Source of the DNA: Hydrolagus colliei
Taxonomy: Eukaryota
DNA length: 64,000 nucleotides
Assembly (NCBI GenBank): GCA_035084275.1
Contig: CM068764.1
Span: 7,936,001 to 8,000,000, forward strand
Reading direction: 5' to 3'
In this document: one piece after another, positions 29,318 through 36,429 of the stretch
How the letters are laid out: each line of letters begins with the position of its first letter
Position numbering within the stretch: the first letter of the stretch is position 1
Position numbers and translations under genes: made by a program
Notes under the pieces: generated by a model
What the model saw: only the letters and a program-made list of their open reading frames with translations
What the model was told of the DNA's origin: nothing
Database searches by the model: none

Positions 29318-29431
29318 TCTGTCTCTCACCCTCCCTTCCTCCCCCCCACCCTCACTCACCAGAGAGAAGAGGTTGGAGTGGCAATCCTCCAAACTCGCAC
29401 CGTTCGCCACCCAGCAGCCGGACGAACTCAT
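91..29431 (-). CDS. MED13: Mediator subunit 13 (CDK8 kinase module), complete 31-exon CDS, about 2164 aa
   Basis: Exons in transcript order (plus coordinates): 29360-29431, 24705-24939, 24414-24498, 23788-23871, 22986-23131, 22380-22574, 21649-21852, 20692-20851, 19842-19946, 18911-19597, 17297-17519, 16640-16730, 15686-15798, 15039-15132, 14308-14507, 13692-13888, 12517-13439, 11537-11716, 11107-11330, 10528-10720, 9470-9905, 8583-8802, 7807-7998, 6182-6405, 5514-5656, 4916-5074, 3926-4105, 3350-3483, 2959-3120, 1196-1296, 91-223. All introns are GT-AG with consistent phases; the total is 6495 nt ending in TAA at 91-93. Recognisable peptides include [73 protein letters not shown] (FBW7 degron region), [20 protein letters not shown] and [19 protein letters not shown]. 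Linkage to INTS2 and BRIP1 favours MED13 over MED13L. In-frame ATGs also occur at 29434 and 29437. Confidence 0.95.
1371..1605 (+). mobile_element. tRNA-derived Deu-core SINE, 5' and central part
   Basis: Head GGAGCCCTGTAGCTCGGTGATTAGAGCAC with A/B-box-like motifs, then core CATGGCTGTTTGTGGGACACTGCTGTGTGCAATCGGCTGCCGCG; same family as the copies at 2645 and 4550. Confidence 0.85.
1615..1810 (+). mobile_element. CR1 LINE 3' end fragment
   Basis: GAGCCGGCACAGGCATGGTGGGCTGAATGGCCTCCTCTTGTG followed by a TTCTATGATT-type tail, typical of CR1 3' ends. Confidence 0.7.
1840..2290 (-). mobile_element. Degenerate antisense CR1-like LINE fragment
   Basis: Motifs ATCTAACTTCCTCTTAA, TTCAACCAC...TTCCACATT and GGAGACCAG...ATACAGCTTTAACATTAC resemble the reverse complement of the CR1 ORF2 3' region. 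Confidence 0.5.
2645..2927 (+). mobile_element. Near full-length tRNA-head / Deu-core / L2-tail SINE
   Basis: Head GAGTCCTGTAGCTCAGTGGTTAGAG...GGGTTCAATTCCAGG, core GTGCGCAATTGGCTGCCGCATTTCGC, tail CACTTTACAGTATA...GTGAAAAGCACTGTA...ATTATT. Confidence 0.88.
3567..3795. mobile_element. Non-autonomous Tc1/mariner (Tigger/pogo-like) MITE, family A
   Basis: Imperfect terminal inverted repeats (GTAGACCTCGCTCAACG ... CGTTAAGCGAGGAC); related copies at 21931-22180, 41265-41510 and 48977-49211. Confidence 0.7.
4150..4490 (+). mobile_element. Old Deu-SINE (SacSINE1/AmnSINE-like)
   Basis: GAGTCAGAATGTTGTGGGTTCAAGCC head and GGTCTTTTGAATCCAACATTAAACCGAGATCCCGTCTGCCC core. Related decayed copies near 7140-7460, 8170-8290, 25170-25330, 37030-37150 and 58560-58810. 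Confidence 0.6.
4550..4840 (+). mobile_element. Full-length tRNA-head / Deu-core / L2-tail SINE
   Basis: GGAGCCCTATAGCTCAGTGGTTAG...GGGTTCCATTCCAGG, Deu core, and tail GTGAAAAATGCTATATCAAATGCAAGGATTATTATT. Confidence 0.9.
8880..9110 (+). mobile_element. 5'-truncated Deu-core SINE
   Basis: AAGTTTCCTTACTCCACAC...TGTTTGTGGGACACTGCTG...TATCAAAAAATGCAAGGATTATTATT. Confidence 0.85.
9968..10140 (-). mobile_element. Antisense Deu-core SINE fragment
   Basis: Reverse complement of the SINE tail and core: AATAATAATCCTTGAATTTGATATAGCAC...CAGCCAATTGCACACAGCAGCGTCCCCACAAACAG. Further antisense fragments lie at about 10315-10420 and 10790-10950. Confidence 0.85.
13495..13665 (+). mobile_element. Deu-core SINE 3' fragment
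   Basis: GGGACACTGCTGTGGGCAATTGGTTGCCGCGTTTCGCCC...ATCAAATGCAAGGATTATTATTATT. Confidence 0.8.
15812..15920 (+). mobile_element. Tigger/pogo-like MITE family B, half copy
   Basis: TACAGTAAAAGCCCGTTTATCCGGCACCC...GGACCTGGCCAATGCCGGTTAAA matches the left arm of the complete element at 58315-58517. Confidence 0.7.
16290..16540 (-). mobile_element. Antisense tRNA-head Deu-core SINE
   Basis: Reverse complement of the head (CTAACCACTGAGCTACAGGACTCC at about 16516-16539) and the core. Confidence 0.88.
20389..20545 (+). mobile_element. tRNA-head SINE, 5' part
   Basis: CTCAGTGGTTAGAGCACTTGCC...CCTGGGTTCGATTCCAGG...GGTCACTTCAATCCACAACTGTTTGTGGGACA. Confidence 0.8.
21065..21510 (-). mobile_element. 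Old L2 LINE 3' fragment
   Basis: The minus-strand peptide [17 protein letters not shown] matches the L2 ORF2 C-terminal motif (GxRAFS...LWNSLP); an AACTTGCATTT tail is present. Confidence 0.65.
21931..22180. mobile_element. Tigger/pogo-like MITE family A
   Basis: CACTTAGTCCTCGCTTAAC ... CGTTAAGTGAGATCTACTG; similar to 3567-3795 in the opposite orientation. Confidence 0.7.
24590..24665 (-). mobile_element. Extremely 5'-truncated young L2 tail with (CAA)n
   Basis: (CAA)n TTTACATTTATATAGCGCCTTTCACGTCGGGAGGACGTCCCAAGGCGCT, near identical to the tail of the L2 at 61189-62068 and to the reverse complement of 51290-51355. Confidence 0.8.
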
Positions 29432-29775
29432 CATCATCACGATCCCTGCATCGTCCAACAGACAGAGAGACACACACACACACAGAGAGAGAGAGACAGA
29501 GACACACACACACACACACCGAGACAGAGAGAGAGACAGACACACAGAGAAGACTTAAAAAAAAACACTCGACACCGAAGACAAGAGAGAGAGAGAGTGA
29601 GTGCGAGTGAAAGAGAGTGAGGGAGTGAGTGAGAGAGAGAGAGAGAGAGAGAGACGACAACAACGAAGACGACGAAGACGTCGTCGTCGACGAAGACAAC
29701 AACAACAACGACGACAACAACGCCTCCCGAGCCCGCCCGCCCGGGAGATAGACAGAGACAGAGAGAGAGAGAGGG
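29020..29775. repeat. Compound microsatellites (GA)n, (CT)n, (CA)n, (GAC/AAC)n around MED13 exon 1
   Basis: Directly visible dinucleotide and trinucleotide runs in the presumed 5' UTR and the start of intron 1. Confidence 0.9.
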
Positions 29776-29779
29776 CGGT

Positions 29780-30040
29780 GGTGATGGATTCTCTTCCACC
29801 CCCGCACCCTCTCCTTCGCTACTGGGCTGGGTTGCCGGTCTCCTCTCGTCTCCTCCTCTCCCCCCCCGCCCCCCTCCCCCCGAGGCCGCTCAGCTCGGCG
29901 GTCACTCGGGCTGCCTTTCGCTCCACACACTTAATGGCGGAGAGCCCCCGGTCACGTGAGCCCTTCGCCCGGCTCTTGCAGTGACCCGCGGCCGCCGCTA
30001 GGGGGAGCGCTGGTGGGATAGTGGGCGGGGGGGTTGGAGG
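29780..30040 (-). promoter_or_regulatory. CpG-rich putative MED13 promoter
   Basis: CpG-dense segment upstream of exon 1 with GC boxes, a YY1-like AATGGCGG (29933-29940) and an E-box GTCACGTGA (29951-29959). The TSS is not determined. Confidence 0.6.
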
Positions 30041-30164
30041 GTGAGTGGAGTGGGAACAAGACAGCTCTGGTCCAGTCAACCTCACCCACCTGTATGTATA
30101 CTGTATATATATATATATATTTTTGTATATGTATGGGTTTATATATATATTATATACCCTTAGA

Positions 30165-30920
30165 AATAATAATCTTTGCATTTGACGCAGCGTGGAGGGC
30201 CGCGTCGCAACATAAATCAAAGTTGTTGTTGTTGTTGTAGCTCCCTTTAGCCACTAGTCCTCTAGACACTTCACGGAAAATAACAGTGATCGTTGCAAGA
30301 ATAATGAATCCTTGCATTTAATCTACGCCTTCCAGACGTCTCGAAGCGCTTCACAGAACGTACCGTGAAGTGAATTGGCTGCGTATGGATGGGCGAAAGG
30401 CGGCGTCCCCCACACAAACGGCCTTGGATTGAAATGACCCATTTTATTATTGGTTTTTTTTGTTGGGGTGGGGGGGGGGGGGGTGGAGGAGGGATTATTC
30501 ATGGAGTAAGAAGGAAGCTTGCGTAAGGTTTCGCCCTAACCTGCCTGGATTCGAACGCAGGTCTCACCCACGCTCGTAAAGTGAGTGCATCTAACCACCG
30601 AGCTACAGGACTCCACGCTGTGAAGTGAATTGGCTGTGTGTTTTGCGGGGGGGGGTGGGGGGTGAAACGCAGCCGCTTGCCTTGCGCACGGCAGCGTTCG
30701 CGAAGCCGTGAATTGGGTGACCAAATTATTATTGTTAAACCAATAGCAACTGTTATCACGTCTTTCGAGACGTCAGCGCATCACAGAAATATACTGTATT
30801 GTGAATTGATTGACTGGATATTTTGCAGGTGAAACACGGCAACCAATTGCACACAGCAGTGACCCGCAAACAGTGGTACATTTGAGTAACCAAATTATTA
30901 CTGTTATTTGAAGGGATTGA
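30165..30920 (-). mobile_element. Cluster of antisense Deu-core SINE copies
   Basis: One copy with a tRNA head (CTAACCACCGAGCTACAGGACTCC near 30591-30614) plus additional tail and core fragments at about 30165-30230, 30620-30730 and 30760-30920. Confidence 0.75.
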
Positions 30921-31004
30921 GCCCGAGACCGTCCCTTTCAGTGTGTGGGGCTCAACACCAGGGACATACTACTTTACATGCGTGTGTTTAGTCCGTGCTG
31001 TATT

Positions 31005-31060
31005 CCTTCACAAGGTCACATAAGTTAAGCATTAACCTGATATGTTGGTGGAGGTCAGTG
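31005..31060 (+). promoter_or_regulatory. Putative liver-type promoter element (HNF1-like palindrome plus NR5A/ERR half-site)
   Basis: GTTAAGCATTAAC at 31024-31036 is one mismatch from the HNF1 consensus GTTAATNATTAAC. CAAGGTCA lies at 31011-31018 and AGGTCA at about 31052. All are about 350 bp upstream of the predicted start codon. Confidence 0.45.
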
Positions 31061-31392
31061 CTCTGTTGACATATGGCTTAATTTCAATCAAATGAAAAGT
31101 AGAAAAAGAAACTTCACTTCAGCTTCAGAGAGTAGCAGTGAAACACTGAGAACAAGGCAGGCAGAGAGGAAGATGCAGATTCAAACAAACAGAGAGACAG
31201 AGGTAGAGAACTGAGAGAGATATGTAGACATAAAAAGGGATAGAGAGACTCGAGAGACAGACACACACAACCTGAAGTTTAAATATTACTTTGGAAGATT
31301 GTCAACCAGGACACAAGGGGAAAAAATCCCTCTCTCTACAAAGGGGGAGGTGGGGAGGAGGGACAGGCACACAGATGGGAGGTGTGAGTTTA

Positions 31393-31949
31393 ATGTCCAA
31401 TTTGAGAGGCCGTACCTGCTACAAGGTTTTGACAGTTCAAGGTAAATTCTATTAATTTGAGCTAATATTTTAATTGATTCACGTCTTATTTTCCTCCCAT
31501 ATCCGTGCTGGTGCTCACTTCACCACTTGCGCTCTCTACTCTAATCCTACTCTCTCGTTCTTTCCCCATTCAGTCTGTGAGGGGGTGCTCAATCCTCCAC
31601 CAGAGCTCTCCGCTCTAACGCGTCTGGACGAGTGTTACAGACAGACCTACAGAACATTGTTTTAATTGTCATTTTCTCCCCTTTCTAGAATGTTTCTTTC
31701 TGGTGATAGTTTCGATTTCGCTCCTTCCCTCAACCAAACAATTCCTGCAGTCGGGCCAGAACATTACGTGGAACGAGACCCTCGGTAAGAAAGAAAAGTT
31801 AAGAGAGGATTTGTACGTGTGGGGAGACAGGGAGTCGGGCCAGGACTGAGGTGATTGGTGTGTATTGGCATGAACGTGAATGACGGAACTGTGGATTCTG
31901 GCAAGGATAGTGTTAGGGAAATCATCAAACAGATCAGTACTGTATCTAA

Positions 31950-31981
<32 letters not shown>

Positions 31982-34900
31982 AACTCCCTCCTTGTCTCTA
32001 TATCTGACTCTCTAGAAGTAGTTCTATATCTCTGTCTTTATCTCCGTCGCTTTCTACCTGTCTAGCTGTTTCTATCCGTCGCTCTCTGTTAGCGGAGATT
32101 GTCTCTCTCACGTCTGTCTCTCTCTGTTTTTAATCACTCTCTCATATCCTCGTCCTCCTCTTTTGTTCTGCTGAACAATCCACAAAATTAAATTGGTCAC
32201 TGTTTGAGAGACACTGCGGTGTGCAAACTAGCTGCTCGCGATTCGCCCACAAAATAAGATCCAGTAACTGCGCTTGGCAGTATTAGCTGTGGCTTTGAGA
32301 TATCTCGACAACTTGATAAGGTGCTATATCAAATGCAAGGATTATTTATGGAGTATTTCTTTTCCATCCCTCTCTCTATCACACACTCTGTCTCTTTCTC
32401 TATGATATTCTGTCACTTTCTCTCTCTGTCTCTCTCTCTCTCTCACGCCGCCTACCTATGTCTTTCTCATCTGCACCGCTCTCCTTCGCTCACCCTGTCT
32501 CTGCCTTTACGGCAATCTGTCACATTCCATCTCTCCGTCTTTCTCTTCTGTCCCGCACTCCCTCGCTCTCACTGTGTGTCTTCTCTCTTTCTCTACGGCA
32601 TTCTGTCACTTTTTATCCCTCTCTCTCACGCTGTCTACCTATGTCTTTGTCATCTGTCCCTCTCTCTCATTCACTCTGTCTCTTTCTCTGCGGCGTACTG
32701 TCACTTTCTCTCTCACTCTCATGTCCTTCTCCTCTGTCGCACTCTCTCCCTCCCTCTTTCTCTGTCTCTTGCTCTTTGTCAGACTGTCATTTTCTAATGC
32801 TGTCTCTCTCTCAGGCTGCTTACCGCTAAGTCTTTCTCCTCTATCACTTTATCGCTCGCCCTGCCTCTGTCATTATGGTGTTCTCTCATTTTCTATCTCC
32901 CTCACTTTCTCTCTGTGGCTGTTTCTTTATCTCTGACTCTCTCTTCCTCTCACTCTGTGACTGTCTCTCCCTCACTCTCTGTGACTGTTTCTTTCTCTCT
33001 CTCTGTAACTGTCTCTCTCACTCTCTCCGTCACTCTCGCTCGCTCTCTAACACTTGCTCTCTCCCGCGACTGTTTTTCACTCCGTAACTATCATACTCTC
33101 TCTCTGTAACTATCACTCTCTTCCTCTCTGTGTAACTGTTACTCCCTCTCTCCCTCTCACTGTAATACTCTCCCTCTCTCACACCCACTATAACATCTAC
33201 CTCTCTCCCTCACTCTAACACTCCTTCTCTCCCTCACTCACTGTAACCCTCTCCCTCTCTCTCCCTCACTCTAACACTCTCCCTCACTCAAATATCTCCT
33301 TCTCTCCCTCACTCACTGTAACCCTCTCCCTCCCTCACTCTCCCTCTTTCCCTCACTCTAACACTCTCCCTCACTCTCACACTTTCCCTCACTCTCACAC
33401 TCTCCTTCTCTCCCTCACTCACTGTAACCCTCTCCCTCGCTCTCCCTCACTCTAACACTCTCCCTCACACTTTCCCTCACTCTCACACTCTCCTTCTCTC
33501 CCTCACTCACTGTAACCCTCTCCCTCTCTCTCCCTCACTCTAACACTCTCCCTCACACTTTCCCTCACTCTAACACTCTCCCTCACACTTTCCCTCACTC
33601 TCACTCTCCTTCTCTCCCTCACTCACTGTAACCCTCTCCCTCGCTCTCCCTCACTCTAATATCTCCTTCTCTCCCTCACTCACTGTAACCCTCTCCCCCA
33701 CAACTCTCCATCTCTCCCTCACTCACTCTCCCCTCCCTCTGCCTCTCTCCCCCTCTCTCTAACCCTCTCCCTCTCTCTAACTCTCTTCCCTCCTTCCCTC
33801 CCTCACTCTCCCCTCCCTCTGCCTCTCTCTAACCCTCTCCCTCCCTCTCTCTAACTCTCTCCCTCCCTCTCTCTAACTCTCTTCCCTCCCTCCCTCACTC
33901 TCCCCTCCCTCTCTCCCTCCCTCTCTCTAACTCTCTTCCCTCCCTCCCTCTCTCTAACTCTCTTCCCTCCCTCCCTCCCTCTGCCTCTCTCCCTCTCTCT
34001 CTAACCCTCTCCCCCTCTCTAACTCTCTCCCCTCCCTCCCTCTAACTCTCTCCCTCTCTCCCTCCCTCCCTCTGCCTCTCTCCCTCTCTCTCTAACCCTC
34101 TCCCTCTCTCTAACCCTCTCCCCCTCTCTTAACTCTCTCCCTCCCTCACTCCCTCTCCCCTCCCTCTGCCTCTCTCCCTCTCTCTCTAACCCTCTCCCTC
34201 TCTCTAACTCTCTCCCTCCCTCCCTCCCTCCCTCTCCCCTCCCTCTGCCTCTCTCCCTCTCCCTCTAACCCTCTCCCTCTCTCTTAACTCTCTCCCTCCC
34301 TCTCCCCTCCCTCTGCCTCTCTCCCTCTCTCTCTAACCCTCTCCCTCCCTCACTCCCTCTCCCCTCCCTCTGCCTCTCTCCCTCTCTCTCTAACCCTCTC
34401 CCTCTCTCTTAACTCTCTTCCCTCCCTCCCTCTCCCCTCCCTCTGCCTCTCTCCCTCTCTCTCTAACCCTCTCCCTCTCTCTTAACTCTCTCCCTCACTC
34501 CCTCTCCCCTCCCTCTGCCTCTCTCCCTCTCTCTCTAACCCTCTCCCTCTCTCTTAACTCTCTCCCTCACTCCCTCTCCCCTCCCTCTGCCTCTCTCCCT
34601 CTCTCTCTAACCCTCTCCCTCTCTCTTAACTCTCTCCCTCACTCCCTCTCCCCTCCCTCTGCCTCTCTCCCTCTCTCTCTAACCCTCTCCCTCTCTCTAA
34701 CTCTCTCCCTCCCTCCCTCCCTCCCTCTCCCCTCCCTCTGCCTCTCTCCCTCTCCCTCTAACCCTCTCCCTCTCTCTTAACTCTCTCCCTCCCTCTCCCC
34801 TCCCTCTGCCTCTCTCCCTCTCTCTCTAACCCTCTCCCTCCCTCACTCCCTCTCCCCTCCCTCTGCCTCTCTCCCTCTCTCTCTAACCCTCTCCCTCTCT

Positions 34901-36370
34901 CTTAACTCTCTTCCCTCCCTCCCTCTCCCCTCCCTCTGCCTCTCTCCCTCTCTCTCTAACCCTCTCCCTCTCTCTTAACTCTCTCCCTCACTCCCTCTCC
35001 CCTCCCTCTGCCTCTCTCCCTCTCTCTCTAACCCTCTCCCTCTCTCTTAACTCTCTCCCTCACTCCCTCTCCCCTCCCTCTGCCTCTCTCCCTCTCTCTC
35101 TAACCCTCTCCCTCTCTCTTAACTCTCTCCCTCACTCCCTCTCCCCTCCCTCTGCCTCTCTCCCTCTCTCTCTAACCCTCTCCCTCTCTCTTAACTCTCT
35201 CCCTCACTCCCTCTCCCCTCCCTCTGCCTCTCTCCCTCTCCCTCTAACCCTCTCCCTCTCTCTTAACTCTCTCCCTCCCTCACTCCCTCTCCCCTCCCTC
35301 TGCCTCTCTCCCTCTCTCTCTAACCCTCTCCCTCTCTCTAACCCTCTCCCTCTCTCTAACCCTCTCCCTCTCTCTAACTCTCTCCCCTCCCTCCCTCCCC
35401 TCTCTGTGTGTCAGGTTGTGGGCGCCCTGTCACCCCGCTGAGCCCCGTGCAGCGGATCCTGTTAGGCCGGCCGGCCTCGGGCTCCAGCTTCCCCTGGCAT
35501 GTCCTGGTGCTGACACCTCACCGAGCTGCCGGGAGCCTCATCAGCCGCCGCTGGATCCTGACGGCCGCCCACACCCTGTACCCTAAGGGCCTGGTCCGGC
35601 GAGGCGCCGAGCGCTTGGCCGAGGGCTTGACGGTGTACGCCGGCAGCGGCAGCCTCGGGGAGCTGCTGGCCTCGGCCCCGCTCGGGGTGGCGGCCGTCAC
35701 CGTGCACCCGGGCTTCGGGCCCGAACCTCACAACTTCGACAACGACATCGCGTTGCTCCGGCTCCGGCGGGAGGTGAGGCTGAGCGGGAGCTTGTCGCCC
35801 GTCTGTCTCCCTCAACCCCGGGGCCTCTCGTCGGCATCGCCGCCGTCTGGGCCTGCGCCTGGACGCCGGGCCGGGACTGGGCCCGAGCCGGAGCCTGGAC
35901 CTCGGGTCGGGACTGGGCCCGAGCCGGAGCCTGGGCCTCGGGTCGTGACTGAGCCCGAGTCCGAGCCTGAGCTGAGGCCCGGCACCGTAGGCCTAGTCCC
36001 CGGCTTCGGCATGACCGAGGAGTACGTGATGCCGGACGCCCTGCGCTACGCGGTGCTGCCGACGGTCTCCGCCGCCGACTGCCTCCTCTCCCTGGGCCCC
36101 GAGCTGATCGCGGGCCGCCGGCCGGTGCTGACCGGGAACATGCTGTGCGCCGGTCCTCCCGGGGGCGGGGGCGCCGACTCCTGCCTGGGCGACACCGGCG
36201 GCGGTTGGGTCACTTACGACCCCCGGGCCGGGCGCTGGCGGCTGGGGGGGATCGTGTCGTGGGGCCTGGGCTGCGGGAGGCCCGGGCACTACGGCGTGTA
36301 CACCAGGGTGTCCCGTTACCTGCCCTGGATCCAGCGGGTCACCCGGGCCAGTGAGGAGGAGAGCTCCTAA
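31393..36370 (+). CDS. C1r/C1s/MASP/haptoglobin-family serine protease homologue (S195T); predicted three-exon secreted protein
   Basis: Predicted exons: 31393-31441 (MSNLRGRTCYKVLTVQ, donor CAAG|gtaaat, alternative in-frame ATG at 31375); 31689-31784 (acceptor ttttctcccctttctag, ECFFLVIVSISLLPSTKQFLQSGQNITWNETL, donor CTCG|gtaaga); 35415-36370 (acceptor tgtgtcag, GCGRPVTPLSPVQR|ILLG...TAA). All junctions are phase 1. The protease exon is very well supported, exon 2 moderately, exon 1 least. Confidence 0.7.
32360..35405 (+). repeat. Pyrimidine-rich (CT)-based low-complexity tract grading into a 72-bp minisatellite
   Basis: Almost pure C/T on the plus strand from about 33100. The unit CTCTCCCTCACTCCCTCTCCCCTCCCTCTGCCTCTCTCCCTCTCTCTCTAACCCTCTCCCTCTCTCTTAACT recurs at 34981, 35053 and 35125 (72-bp period). 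Confidence 0.95.
35415..36370 (+). CDS. Intronless trypsin-fold domain exon of the C1r/MASP/haptoglobin-like gene
   Basis: Motifs CGRPVTP..QR|ILLG, SFPW, WILTAAHTLYPK (His 35570-35572, as in C1r), NFDNDIALLRL (Asp 35744-35746), PVCLP, GFG, NMLCAG, DSCLGDTGGG (Thr ACC at 36194-36196), GIVSWGLGC and YGVYTRV..YLPWI. The C42-C58 histidine-loop cysteines are absent. Uninterrupted ORF to TAA at 36368-36370. Confidence 0.92.
35873..35980 (+). repeat. Coding 36-bp tandem repeat (3 copies) in the protease domain
   Basis: GGGACTGGGCCCGAGCCGGAGCCTGG(A/G)CCTCGGGTC twice plus a degenerate third copy, encoding GTGPEPEPGPRV GTGPEPEPGPRV VTEPESEPELRP. Confidence 0.9.
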
Positions 36371-36429
36371 CCCCCCCACCCCCCCACCTCTGACACTCAA
36401 CTCACATCATCATGATTTACTATAAACCT

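Noticed and set aside
29080-30220. Multiple 100-190 aa ORFs on both strands around the MED13 5' end
   Set aside because: They are translations of microsatellites and GC-rich promoter DNA; only the 24-codon MED13 exon 1 is supported.
31173-31202. Alternative coding first exon MQIQTNRETE|gtagag
   Set aside because: Its phase-0 donor gives a stop within six codons when joined to 31689; it could only be a non-coding leader exon or join another acceptor.
31690-31784. ATG at 31690 as the start of the protease-like gene
   Set aside because: It reaches the donor in phase 2, out of frame with the protease exon, and encodes no hydrophobic signal.
32321-33109. Leu/Ser-rich ORFs in the protease gene intron
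   Set aside because: Low-complexity (CT)n translation with no CCP or CUB cysteine pattern.
33700-35400. Interstitial telomeric repeats (TAACCC)
   Set aside because: The motif occurs singly within CT-rich units, never as tandem (CCCTAA)n.
35462-36400. Antisense and alternative-frame ORFs overlapping the protease exon
   Set aside because: Expected by-products of very high GC content; no recognisable motifs.
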